A DNA stretch of 64,000 bases from the NCBI GenBank assembly GCA_048881705.1, contig JBHLSH010000006.1, positions 13,233 to 77,232 of the forward strand. The letters run 5' to 3'. A program made the translations under genes and the position numbers. Under the pieces are notes generated by a model that made no database searches, had not been told where the DNA came from, and was given only the letters and a program-made list of their open reading frames with translations. The DNA is from Candidatus Heimdallarchaeota archaeon (GTDB taxonomy: Archaea; Asgardarchaeota; Heimdallarchaeia; Hodarchaeales; Hodarchaeaceae). The number at the start of each line of letters is the position of its first letter. Positions within the stretch are counted from its first letter, which is position 1. Positions 34,466-44,337 of this stretch are shown piece after piece.

Positions 34466-36670
34466 TCAAATATTAAATTCAACGAATATGGGACTGGACC
34501 AGGCTTTTTCCCCGTCGTTTTGGACGACTCTCACATAATAAAGATTTAATCCCCGTTTAATGGTTTGATCAGTAAAATCAAAGATTGCAGCGATGGGATT
34601 TTCTTTTTCGGGGATCCTTGAGATTCGAACTTCTTGATCAAATTTCCCCGCGTTAATCACCAAAGGTTCACTAAGCTGGTTTAAAGAAAATGAAAAAACG
34701 GCCGGTTCCGTATTGAAGCTAAGACTTGCATCCATCGGTGCATCCAATGTCAAGATTATCCCGTCTATATCTCCAGCGGTTGTAGAAAACCAGCTTACAT
34801 AATGATCATTTTGCTCAATTATCCCCTCTCCTGGTAGGTCAAAGGCAAATTCCTTTGCTGCCAAAATTTTTCCTTTCTCAAGGGTAATTCGCCCCTTCCA
34901 ATCAGTGTTTCTACGTCTCGTCGCCACCCTGGCTCCGCTCCAAGCTATTTTAATTTTGCTTTGATGGAAATCCGAATCGGATAATTTAGGCTTATATAAC
35001 GATTCCAAACCTCTAAAGAGGTCAACCCTCTCCAAAGACGTCGTACCTATTACTTCTACATGGAATGTGGGCGGACGATCAACAGCAATCCTATCGCCCA
35101 TAATCGCATCACCGCATGTTACTTGCAGAATTATTCGCTTGCCAGTTGTAGCATAGACATGGCGATTCTTGAAAGCCTTCCATAGGGAGTTCCGAGAGAG
35201 CTCGCTGGCGTACACCCCCATCAATCCCCCGTTAACTGCCTCAAGCTTTGATATAGGAGATGCGCTTCCTGGTCTACATGTATGGTCATCGCTCCCTGCT
35301 ATAAAACCAACAATCAATTTCTTGGCTAAAGCTTCTCTGGCAAACCATTCAAAATGCCCATGAACGGAGGCTATCTCAATAAACGGTGTTAGGCTGGGTT
35401 CATGGTAATCTAAAATGGCATGTCTTCCTCCAATATGGGGAATTACTAATACGTCTGATCTTCCTCTAAAGGTCTCCAAGAGAGCCATAATTGGATATCG
35501 ATCAGTATCCTCATCTGACTTATCTTTAACCAATGCGTGGCTACTCCGGTAGATCTGCTGATCATCCTTCAGAAAATAGACGTTATGATCTCCTCCTGCT
35601 GGAGTGTTTCCTGACCATTCGTACCCCAGAAATGTAATAAACTTCCCTGGCTCATGATATTCCTTAACTGTTCTTTGAGTATCTTTATAGTGATCTCTGG
35701 TAATTTGAAAATCATTCCCAACATGAGAAACGAAATCAAGACCAGCTCCTTTTGCGAATCGGAAATATTGGTCTAAGGTTCCTGTTCCAACAGTCTCCTC
35801 AGTTTGTCCATGTAAATCCCCCCAATAAAGCCTTTTCACCAACTGTTCACTATGAACAGCTATTGGATTACTTGTGCCGCTTAGGCCGCTATCCGATTCA
35901 TATGCAGTAAGGTGCCAAATACCTGTTTTTTGGAAAACTATGTTTTCAAAGCGACGGATCCCCTCGTCCTTAGCTTGAAACTTGTATGAGGGTGGTAAAA
36001 CCGCTTCAGATTGGCTACACGTAAAATGAACATTTCCCTGGAAGTTGGGAGTAGGATTCCCCCATTTGTCTTCAATTCTTACGACAGCCCAAATGGATAG
36101 CTCTAGTTCTGTTTGGGACGGAGCAACTACCTTCATCACGGCAGGTTCTCCAGAAACAATTCTTAAAACTGGAGAGTCATGAATCAATACATATTTTCCT
36201 GTCCCAAATGCATCTATCAAAACATGAAATTCGAAAGTATCTTCTACGAACGTTTGCGCCTTAATACCAGGACTCCCGTTGCTGGTCTCCCCATATACGA
36301 TTGTTACAGTATCTCCCTCGGATAGGTATCCGTCAAATACAGTCAAGGTCAAGCATGGCCTCCAAGGGCGGATATAGCCACGTTTTCGAAAACTTACTTC
36401 GATCTTTGCTTTTCCTGTGGTTTCTATAGTTGTATAATTCGGCCCACTAGCATTTTGGAACTGGGGTTGTTTCCAATCTGTTACGTCTCTCCAGGCAACC
36501 TTGATATGTCCTCCATCGTCAATCCCGTGCTTGCCAATAGCTATCGTTAGAGTCCAAGTTCCATAACTTCCTGCGATAACCGCATCATTGGGCCGTATTT
36601 TAGCATGACCGTAGATCGCTTTGTGTTTATCTGGTGCCATCATTATCTGTTTTGGCCATCTAAGAAACAC
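34466..36670 (-). CDS. DUF3604-like (PHP-related) metal-dependent hydrolase with N- and C-terminal beta-rich domains
   Basis: 'YWGDLHGQTEETVGTG', 'GYEWSGNTPAGGDHNVYF', 'IPHIGG', 'SVHGHFEW' and 'GSDDH' resemble DUF3604/PHP metal-ligand blocks. Confidence 0.55.
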   Translation of the reverse strand: MFLRWPKQIMMAPDKHKAIYGHAKIRPNDAVIAGSYGTWTLTIAIGKHGIDDGGHIKVAWRDVTDWKQPQFQNASGPNYTTIETTGKAKIEVSFRKRGYIRPWRPCLTLTVFDGYLSEGDTVTIVYGETSNGSPGIKAQTFVEDTFEFHVLIDAFGTGKYVLIHDSPVLRIVSGEPAVMKVVAPSQTELELSIWAVVRIEDKWGNPTPNFQGNVHFTCSQSEAVLPPSYKFQAKDEGIRRFENIVFQKTGIWHLTAYESDSGLSGTSNPIAVHSEQLVKRLYWGDLHGQTEETVGTGTLDQYFRFAKGAGLDFVSHVGNDFQITRDHYKDTQRTVKEYHEPGKFITFLGYEWSGNTPAGGDHNVYFLKDDQQIYRSSHALVKDKSDEDTDRYPIMALLETFRGRSDVLVIPHIGGRHAILDYHEPSLTPFIEIASVHGHFEWFAREALAKKLIVGFIAGSDDHTCRPGSASPISKLEAVNGGLMGVYASELSRNSLWKAFKNRHVYATTGKRIILQVTCGDAIMGDRIAVDRPPTFHVEVIGTTSLERVDLFRGLESLYKPKLSDSDFHQSKIKIAWSGARVATRRRNTDWKGRITLEKGKILAAKEFAFDLPGEGIIEQNDHYVSWFSTTAGDIDGIILTLDAPMDASLSFNTEPAVFSFSLNQLSEPLVINAGKFDQEVRISRIPEKENPIAAIFDFTDQTIKRGLNLYYVRVVQNDGEKAWSSPIFVEFNI

Positions 36671-36747
36671 AAGATTTTTGTTTTCCTACTTCAAAAGCTC
36701 TAGGAGGAATCTCATCATGTGCCCATCTCAGCAGGGGTGCTGAGCTC

Positions 36748-37806
36748 ATGGAAGAACTATTACATTGGTTATTGACAACTGGAGGACCTGTGATTCGTTA
36801 TCGCACTTTCACTGAACTTAATCCGGAAAATCAGGATTATAATGCTGCTGAACTGATTTCTAGCGTGAAAACCTCTCAGAAAGTGGCATTGTGGCTTTCC
36901 CTTCATCCATCATCCTCTAGCGGGAGCCCTTTTGGAATTCATGGATCAAAAAGATATTTTTATGAGAATTTCGCCCCAAAAGTAATCCAATATGGATTAA
37001 ATGCCTCCATGGACATGTTGAGCCAATACCTAGCGTTTTTTTCATCAAAAATTAACCTATCTAAAGATTGGGGAATCTTAAATCTAGTAAAAACCTGTTA
37101 TGCAGCCTTCACTATTCAGCTGGGGGTTAATGATGACGCCTCTCTGTCTTATCTGGTGAGACGTCTCAACCAGATCTACACCTTTGTTAAGGATGGAATC
37201 TATGATATTTATGTGGAACCCTCTAATTATCCCTCAATCCCAAAGCCATTGCGTAACAGACCTCTTCTTAACCCAGATCACTATATTGACAATTTAATCC
37301 CTATTCCGACAATATATGACGTATTAGCAGCCAAAACACTGTATAATACGAATTATGTTGACTCCAATAAAATCAATACCATCATAAATTATATCTTCAC
37401 GGATCAATTTGACTCGTTGCATCCTGAATATGGATTATATTATGATTCAATAAGGAAGAGATTCTATGTTCATGGATGGAAACCCCATCTTGAAAATTAT
37501 TCATTTCGAAAGACTCCAATCACGAATGCGTCCCTTTTGCTCCTCCAGCTGTATATATACAGTCACTTCCCCGCAGTCCAATCTCAAGATTGGTTTATTT
37601 GGGGAATGGAGATATTAGAATCATATCGAACAGATCGTGGAACGTTTATTTTGCCCAAAGGATTTTTACGGGAGAATTTTTCAGGTTATTGGGTGAATGG
37701 TTCTTATATGGGGTTGGGCGAAAACAGAAGGAGCAAGAACTGGCGAGAACTGGAATCAACATATTGGATTTTGACTATCAAGAAGAATCTGAAAATGAGA
37801 AGTTAA
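36748..37806 (+). CDS. Hypothetical protein
   Basis: 352-aa ORF, divergent from the DUF3604-like gene. No family recognised. Confidence 0.45.
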   Translation: MEELLHWLLTTGGPVIRYRTFTELNPENQDYNAAELISSVKTSQKVALWLSLHPSSSSGSPFGIHGSKRYFYENFAPKVIQYGLNASMDMLSQYLAFFSSKINLSKDWGILNLVKTCYAAFTIQLGVNDDASLSYLVRRLNQIYTFVKDGIYDIYVEPSNYPSIPKPLRNRPLLNPDHYIDNLIPIPTIYDVLAAKTLYNTNYVDSNKINTIINYIFTDQFDSLHPEYGLYYDSIRKRFYVHGWKPHLENYSFRKTPITNASLLLLQLYIYSHFPAVQSQDWFIWGMEILESYRTDRGTFILPKGFLRENFSGYWVNGSYMGLGENRRSKNWRELESTYWILTIKKNLKMRS

Positions 37807-37828
37807 GACCATGAAAATGGGCTATAAG

Positions 37829-38707
37829 CTATAAGCCACCCAATTTTTTAATTCTGTCTAGTCGTTCTGGTTCATCATTTACAAGCCATTTGTCCTGAGA
37901 AAGTAGTTCATACGCCAATCTGAAATGCTCTTGAGCCAATCCCTCATCCTCTTTCATAAGATATAGCTCTCCAAGTTCCTCGTAGTTATATCCCCCCTTC
38001 TCAAGTTTGTTATGGTCACGATATCGATTAACCTCCAATTGAAGTTCTAATGCTTTATCTATGTTGTTAAGCGATCTATGAACCCTTGCGACACACCACA
38101 TAGCTATGGCAATTGTAACTGGATTCCCTTGGATTCTTCGGAATTCCAAAGCTTTTTCGAACAATCGAAGGGCTTTCGTGTAATCCTTTAAATTATGGAA
38201 ACTCCATCCAGTATTATTCAACAGCGGTCCAAGCCAATTTCTAGTGTCCTCATCTATACTATTCTCCGCAACCTTTATGGCTTTCTCATTCCATTCTATC
38301 TGCTTGAGTGGATCTTTTTCAACTATTGCCATCATATGGAGGGCATCTACTTCCAAAAATTCCTCTTTAAAATTTTTTGCAAAGTGTACAGCCTTTTCAA
38401 AGCATTCCATAGCTTTTTCGACGTTTTTACTAGAATTAAATGTTCGCCCTCTCTCTAAGTAATATCGTACTCTAACTTTCGAGGAAATATCTTGGTTTAA
38501 AGCCTCTTCCACTTCATCGAGGATCCTATGTGCTTCCCCAAAATTGTACTCTAAACCAAATGTTCGTGCGACCTGAGTTTGAATCTCATATGCTAAATCA
38601 AAGGCTTTAGCACCCCTGGCATTTTCTAGATGGACGAGGAATTTCTGTCGGGTTTCACCTGGTTCAGAGAAATTCCAATCCTTGATAAAATCATGATAGG
38701 TGCTCAT
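37829..38707 (-). CDS. TPR-repeat protein
   Basis: Recurrent 34-aa helical-hairpin pattern, for example 'AMECFEKAVHFAK', 'ALRLFEKALEFRR', 'AQEHFRLAYELLS'. Confidence 0.6.
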   Translation of the reverse strand: MSTYHDFIKDWNFSEPGETRQKFLVHLENARGAKAFDLAYEIQTQVARTFGLEYNFGEAHRILDEVEEALNQDISSKVRVRYYLERGRTFNSSKNVEKAMECFEKAVHFAKNFKEEFLEVDALHMMAIVEKDPLKQIEWNEKAIKVAENSIDEDTRNWLGPLLNNTGWSFHNLKDYTKALRLFEKALEFRRIQGNPVTIAIAMWCVARVHRSLNNIDKALELQLEVNRYRDHNKLEKGGYNYEELGELYLMKEDEGLAQEHFRLAYELLSQDKWLVNDEPERLDRIKKLGGL

Positions 38708-38972
38708 TTTGGATCAAGAAGGTTAGTTCACAGGGAGGAATAAAATCGATTGAAACGAAGAAATTAGATTCCGATTCAAGTAGTCCTTGGTTTGGATGTT
38801 TTTCGCTTGAGGGATAGCCAGAAAAATCGGAAATCATCCGTTTCACAACTGTTTATATGCAAAACAAATTGTAACCTGCTGTTCACCCAAATTCCTCTAC
38901 GCTATGATTTCCTTGGAAAACGTTGGTAAAGAATCAATCTGGCAGAAGTTGATTAAGGTGGAAAATCAGAAT

Positions 38973-39992
38973 ATGGAACCAAACAAAATGAGAGCGGTTG
39001 TTTACACTGAATATGGCCCTCCTGAGGTACTTGGTTTGACGGAGGTAGAAAAACCCGTCCCCAAGGACAATGAAGTACTTATTCGAATCCGAGCGACAAC
39101 AGTAAACTACGGGGACTTGCTAGCTCGGAATTTTAGATACGTTTCTTCTAGTGAGTTCGCGATGCCAATGCTATTCTGGATGATCGCAAAGATAGCATTT
39201 GGGCGTAGGAAACCACGAAAAAAAATCCTGGGTAATGAATTTTCTGGTGTAATTGAAGCAATCGGAAGAAATGTGACATTATTTAAGAAAGGGGACGATG
39301 TTTTTGGTTGTTCCTCACAGAAAATGGGCGCTTATGCTGAATATATTGCATTGCCCGAGGATGGAATCCTATCCTTAAAACCTTCCAATATGAGCTTTGA
39401 GGAAGCAGCTGTTGTTCCTTATGGATCAATAATGGCGTTAAACTTACTCAAAAGGGCAAAGATAAAATCAGGGGATAAAGTTTTGATTAATGGTGCTTCT
39501 GGGGGGATAGGTTCAGCTACTGTACAGTTGGCAAAATCTCAATACGATGTAGAAGTGACTGGGGTTTGTGGTACCCCAAGATTGGAATTTGTGAGGTCAT
39601 TAGGAGCTGACAAGACGATCGACTACACAAAAGAAGATTTTACCGAGCATAAAGAGAAATATGACGTAATTTTCGGCGGATTGGGTAAAACCCCGTATTC
39701 TAGAGTAAAACATTCTTTAGCTGAAAACGGCCGATATGTTTTGAGTAGTTTTAAACTGAGGCAACTGGGCCAAATGCTACGAACCAAAGCCTTTGGCCGC
39801 AAGAAAGTAATTTGTGCGCTTTTGCCTGAAAAGGGTGAGGATTTAAGGACTTGTAAAGCCATGATTGAGGATGGAAAGATTAGGGCGATTATTGATAAGC
39901 ATTTTAGAATTGAAGAGATTGTTGATGCCCATAGGTATGTCGAAGAAGGACATAAAAGGGGGCATATCGCAATCCTAGGCTTTGATGAGTAA
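38973..39992 (+). CDS. Medium-chain dehydrogenase/reductase (NADPH:quinone reductase / Zn-ADH-like)
   Basis: 'MRAVVYTEYGPPEVL', 'VLIRIRATTVNYGD' and Rossmann motif 'INGASGGIGSATVQLAK'. The ORF track starts at 38904. The ATG at 38973 is preceded by AAGGTGG and fits the family N-terminus better. Confidence 0.85.
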   Translation: MEPNKMRAVVYTEYGPPEVLGLTEVEKPVPKDNEVLIRIRATTVNYGDLLARNFRYVSSSEFAMPMLFWMIAKIAFGRRKPRKKILGNEFSGVIEAIGRNVTLFKKGDDVFGCSSQKMGAYAEYIALPEDGILSLKPSNMSFEEAAVVPYGSIMALNLLKRAKIKSGDKVLINGASGGIGSATVQLAKSQYDVEVTGVCGTPRLEFVRSLGADKTIDYTKEDFTEHKEKYDVIFGGLGKTPYSRVKHSLAENGRYVLSSFKLRQLGQMLRTKAFGRKKVICALLPEKGEDLRTCKAMIEDGKIRAIIDKHFRIEEIVDAHRYVEEGHKRGHIAILGFDE

Positions 39993-40013
39993 TAACATGA
40001 TGGCGTGTGAAAA

Positions 40014-40379
40014 ATGGAAGACGTAAGAATAATACTGTCAGGATTATGGATCTCGGTTATGTTGATTTATTTGTTTGGTGATGTAATGCGATTATACGCC
40101 GGTGATTTCACGCCTGGAGAAATTGATGGCAAACCATTGAGCCAAGGAATGTTGATGGCAATGGCAATAATCATGCTGCCCCCGATTTTTATGGTTTTCC
40201 TATCTTTAACCTTGGATTATACTCTGAATCGATGGCTAAACATCATTATAGCAGCGTTCTATTTTCTCTTCAATCTTGTCGGTCTTCGCACATATCCAGG
40301 TGCTTATGATAGATTCCTGTTGATTATTTCTCTGGGATTTAACATAATGACTGTTTGGTTTGCATGGAGCTGGGTTTAA
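40014..40379 (+). CDS. Small 4-TM membrane protein (DUF6326-like). Paralog of 27952..28317.
   Basis: 121 aa. 'LFGDVMRLYAGDFTPGEIDGKPLS' is shared with 27952..28317. Confidence 0.55.
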   Translation: MEDVRIILSGLWISVMLIYLFGDVMRLYAGDFTPGEIDGKPLSQGMLMAMAIIMLPPIFMVFLSLTLDYTLNRWLNIIIAAFYFLFNLVGLRTYPGAYDRFLLIISLGFNIMTVWFAWSWV

Positions 40380-40459
40380 TGTCTTCAAAACTGGGTAATA
40401 TGTCCTCACAATTGAGTCCGAAATGATAATTCAGAACTCCCAGCTATACCGAAAAGAAA

Positions 40460-42022
40460 TCATTTTTTTTCCCAATCCTCTACTATCTGCTGCGCAGAAT
40501 TAACGTACCTTTTCAATTCCTCCTCAGTTCTGTAAAGTTTCTTTAGAATCATTCTTTCGAACATGGTATTGAACTGCGTAAGTTCGATTCGGTCACTCAA
40601 CGAGGGTTCCATTTCCGAAATTTTCTTCCATTTATCTAGATTCCGTTTTAATGCCTTTTTTTCTAATGAAATTGCGTAAGCGAGTTTTTTCAACCCTTTT
40701 TCTTGGGAAAGAACTTCAGCCTGGGTTAAAAGCTTCTCTGCGTTCTCAATATCTAATTCAAGTAGTGATAGGCGTGATTGAAGCAAATAGATTTCCGTCA
40801 TTAACCAATGGGAAGACTGTAACTTCGCGACCGATAACAAACGAGAGATTACCTGCTTTAATTCTTTGAAAACATCCTCATTCCCTGTTGCTTTTAATTC
40901 AAAGACCAGTAGTTCTCCTAGGTTTAAGAGAGCGTCTATAGTTAATTCGTGCCAGAGTATTGGTTCTTCAGCAATCTCCCGAAATATCGTTTGAGCCTTT
41001 GTTTTATCCATAAGCCTCTCACTCGTCTTGAGGATCATCGCCCTAGCGAGACGCACTTTTTGATCACTAATGGCAATAAACCTTAATTCATTTGATTCCT
41101 TCATTTCTTTGTGTATTTCCTCCCTCTCTTCTAATGAGAGGTCTTTTACGTAGAACTTGATTGTGTTATAGAGAATTTCCACTCTCATTGCATATTCATG
41201 GATGTTTCTAGATACCTGGAGGGCGTGTTCGAGATGTCTTTTTCCCGAATCAAATTCTCCCATCATGCTATGGGCCTGGCCTATATTGTTGAGTAGTCGG
41301 CTTATATTAAATTGAGAACCTATTGACTCAAACTTCCTTAAACTCCCGGTGAAAAACTCCAACGCAGTGTCCATTTCCCCTCTTGCAACATTAGTTACTC
41401 CTATTCCGTTTAGAATATCCGCTGGAATTTGTTGGTTACCCACTCCCTCTAGGAGTGGCAAACTACTTTTAAAGTAATCAAGCGCTCGATCAAGCTCGCC
41501 CTTGCTCAAATACAAATAACCCATGCTGCCGAGACATCTTACCTTCTGTTCTACATCATTGATTTGCTCACTAAGATTGAATGCCTTCTCATAATATTCA
41601 TAAGCTGGATTAGGATTATTAGTTATATAGTACAGCCGCCCCATCTGGTAATAGAAACTGGCCTTCATTCGAAGAGTTTCAATTTTCTGACCCTCCAAAA
41701 GGGATCCAATAATCTTCTCCTCCTTCCTTGCTAAATCGAGCGCCTCTGAAATGTTACCATCTAAACGATGGGCGAGGATAAGATTGTTAAGTGCATCAAA
41801 CTCCCTTACTTTATTATTCATTGTCCTACTTTTTTCTAGTAACTCAATCGCTAGCTTTTTCCCCATCCCAGATTCTCCTAAACGAAGATAAAGGGTACTT
41901 CTGAGAAATAGGGATAAAAGTTTATCATTTTCCCCTAAAATATTATCTAATTGGGTGAGAGCGGTATCAAACTTCTCAAGGATGCTAATTTCTTCTTTCT
42001 GATGGAAAAGGTGCTCAAACAA
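40460..42022 (-). CDS. Large TPR-repeat protein
   Basis: Many TPR-like hairpins ('AYEYYEKAFNLSE', 'ALDYFKSSLPLLE', 'ALEFFTGSLRKFE', 'GKRHLEHALQVSR'). Confidence 0.65.
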   Translation of the reverse strand: MFEHLFHQKEEISILEKFDTALTQLDNILGENDKLLSLFLRSTLYLRLGESGMGKKLAIELLEKSRTMNNKVREFDALNNLILAHRLDGNISEALDLARKEEKIIGSLLEGQKIETLRMKASFYYQMGRLYYITNNPNPAYEYYEKAFNLSEQINDVEQKVRCLGSMGYLYLSKGELDRALDYFKSSLPLLEGVGNQQIPADILNGIGVTNVARGEMDTALEFFTGSLRKFESIGSQFNISRLLNNIGQAHSMMGEFDSGKRHLEHALQVSRNIHEYAMRVEILYNTIKFYVKDLSLEEREEIHKEMKESNELRFIAISDQKVRLARAMILKTSERLMDKTKAQTIFREIAEEPILWHELTIDALLNLGELLVFELKATGNEDVFKELKQVISRLLSVAKLQSSHWLMTEIYLLQSRLSLLELDIENAEKLLTQAEVLSQEKGLKKLAYAISLEKKALKRNLDKWKKISEMEPSLSDRIELTQFNTMFERMILKKLYRTEEELKRYVNSAQQIVEDWEKK

Positions 42023-42243
42023 GGCTTCAGCCCTCTTTTAAAGGTGTTTTAATTTTCAAGGTTTTCACAGTATTTAACAGAGAGTTTTCCACACTCTTTA
42101 GGTTTATATTTGAAAAACAATTCGAGAATTTAGATATAAAACATGCGAATAGATAGATCGGGATTTTGGGTTTTGCTCAGGGTCACCATACCTCCCATTC
42201 TAATCATGGACTTCCATCATTTATCCAAGCTTATGTGTGAACG

Positions 42244-43059
42244 TTACGATTTCTTGAAAACACGGCTTAGACAATTGATCTTGTTACGTAATGACTCAGA
42301 AAGGTTTGGATTGGAAAAGCTGAGACTTAATAGATCCTCCAGCGCGCATCGAAACTGCTCGACGAAATCTTCAGAACTTGAACCCACGGAAGCGAATTCC
42401 TCTAGAGCTGACGGGAGTAACCTGCAATTAGTTTCATTTAGAAATGCCATGGTTTGATTGAGATTGGCCTCTAGGGCCTGATACTCAGTTTGATAAAAAT
42501 TCCCCATATAATCGGTGTCACAATAGTATAGGAACCCAATTTCCGACTTCAGCCAATGGTTGTGATTATAATCAAGAAGAATCCTGGACTTTGAAGCAAG
42601 ATATACAATGTCCAAAAGATTCACAATATCTACTTTTTCAGAGAATTCGCAAACGGGGTAAAATAGAAATTGTTGAAGAGTAATAAAGTATTTTTCGGTA
42701 TTGATGAATAGAGTGGGAGGATAATGATCGCCCAGGGTTGTGATTAGCTGTTCTATCCTTTGTTTTTGATATGCAGGAAGATTAAGACTGATCGTTTGGG
42801 TCGAATGGGGTTGACGATTGCAACGGATTACATAATGGGCGCACATGTCGTGGAAAGGGGCCTCGACAACAGTTACCGACTTTACCAATCCATAATCTGG
42901 ACGTGTGACCTTATAGAAGGAGTAGAGTTTATGATACATATTCAACGGGGAAAAAAAGGCATCTAGTAGCGTAATTACTTCTTTTTGGTCTATATCGGCA
43001 TTGAAGGGCCACTGGTGCTTGGTAATCTCAACAGGAAAACCAAACATCTTTGGGTGCAT
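42244..43059 (-). CDS. Hypothetical protein
   Basis: 271-aa ORF upstream of the TPR gene on the same strand. No family recognised with confidence. Confidence 0.45.
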   Translation of the reverse strand: MHPKMFGFPVEITKHQWPFNADIDQKEVITLLDAFFSPLNMYHKLYSFYKVTRPDYGLVKSVTVVEAPFHDMCAHYVIRCNRQPHSTQTISLNLPAYQKQRIEQLITTLGDHYPPTLFINTEKYFITLQQFLFYPVCEFSEKVDIVNLLDIVYLASKSRILLDYNHNHWLKSEIGFLYYCDTDYMGNFYQTEYQALEANLNQTMAFLNETNCRLLPSALEEFASVGSSSEDFVEQFRCALEDLLSLSFSNPNLSESLRNKINCLSRVFKKS

Positions 43060-43512
43060 TTACAAGACCGGTTTATGATAGCCTTTAAGAAAGTACTCGA
43101 TTAGATTGTTTTATCTTGAGTCTTTTTTTCCTTGATTGATATTCGAACCAAAAAAACAGGAAGGAACCAACAGGTATATTCGTTCCAGGTGTCATTATAT
43201 TGGATACTAATTGCGACATTAGATACATTGAATGATTCTAAGACTGTACAAAATTCTAATTTATACAGAGCTCAGAGGCCCTTGGCTATTCAAGATGGTA
43301 CCTTATCAAATATCTGTCCAAGAAATCTGACTGTTGTCTCACATGTCTTATTCAAGGTAGTTGGCAAGGTTCATAAGTGAAATATTCCTCATTGAATTTC
43401 TTACAGTGCATTAAATACCTTTCTTCAGTTCTCATTAGAAAGGGTACCAATCAGCTTAGGTGATGAAACACCAATTCGAAAGGAAGTCAATTCTCTGAAA
43501 AGTCTCGCTATC

Positions 43513-44337
43513 TTGTCCCATAAGGGCGGTGTTGGAAAAACAAGTATTGCTGTTAACTTAGGTTGTCATCTCGCCAAGATTGGAAAAAATGTCATCATTC
43601 TTGATAACGATTTTTCTGGACCATCTCTAGTAACGTTTTTTCAAAAGAATATCTCCGTAAATTGGTTGAACGATTACCTGATGACAGGAGAAGATCTGGA
43701 TCATTGTCTTCAAGATGTTTCTCCGTTATTGAATTTACCAGGAAGATTGTATATTGGTTTCGCTGACCCAACTCCGGAGCGCATTCAAAGCATTATCCGA
43801 ATCGATCAAAAAACGTCCATTGCAATGTTACGACATTTAATTGCCCTTAAAAAAGCCGTCCGATCTCCACCATACGATATTGACTATTTGATTGTGGATT
43901 GTTCTCCAGGAACAGGATATAGCACGGTAAATGTCATATTGACTACAGATTCAAGTTTGTTTGTAGTCAAATTAAGTAATGCTGACCTTTATGGCACATC
44001 TCAAATGATCTCGGGACTTTACACACAGTTGAAGAACCGAACCCTGGTCCTTGCCAATCTAATCCCAAGCAACGTCCTAGTTTCAGGAAACTTGTCCCTT
44101 ATTGAGCAACTGATTGAGAAGCGATTTACTCAAGAGGTCGGTGACAAAGTTGTGGAGTTTTTGGGTTGGATCCCAACCGATCTTGAACTTCAAACTATTG
44201 AATTTAATGAAGCGGTGAAAAGCCTTAAGCAAGAACCTTCTCAAAGAAACATTTTTACGTTGCACAATCCTTCACACATCTTTTCCAAGATTCTGATTGA
44301 TTTAATTCCTGCTCTATTTGGAGAGGAAGTTCATTGA
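43513..44337 (+). CDS. MinD/ParA-family deviant Walker A ATPase. The 5' end is uncertain.
   Basis: Deviant Walker A 'SHKGGVGKTS', 'ILDNDF' and Walker B 'LIVDCSPG'. The first beta-strand ('SLAIL') lies upstream of the only canonical in-frame start (TTG 43513). Confidence 0.8.
   Translation: MSHKGGVGKTSIAVNLGCHLAKIGKNVIILDNDFSGPSLVTFFQKNISVNWLNDYLMTGEDLDHCLQDVSPLLNLPGRLYIGFADPTPERIQSIIRIDQKTSIAMLRHLIALKKAVRSPPYDIDYLIVDCSPGTGYSTVNVILTTDSSLFVVKLSNADLYGTSQMISGLYTQLKNRTLVLANLIPSNVLVSGNLSLIEQLIEKRFTQEVGDKVVEFLGWIPTDLELQTIEFNEAVKSLKQEPSQRNIFTLHNPSHIFSKILIDLIPALFGEEVH

Noticed and set aside
42244-43059. Possible kinase-like catalytic loop ('LLDYNHNHWL' ... 'CDTDY') in the 271-aa hypothetical protein.
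   Set aside because: The Asp-to-Asn spacing does not match the HxDxxxxN loop of protein-kinase or APH folds. No Gly-rich loop or VAIK-like Lys is evident. Left as hypothetical.
43132-43380. 82-aa ORF in the divergent intergenic region upstream of the MinD-like gene.
   Set aside because: No SD-like motif and no recognisable domain. It is more likely promoter or regulatory space. Cannot be excluded without expression data.
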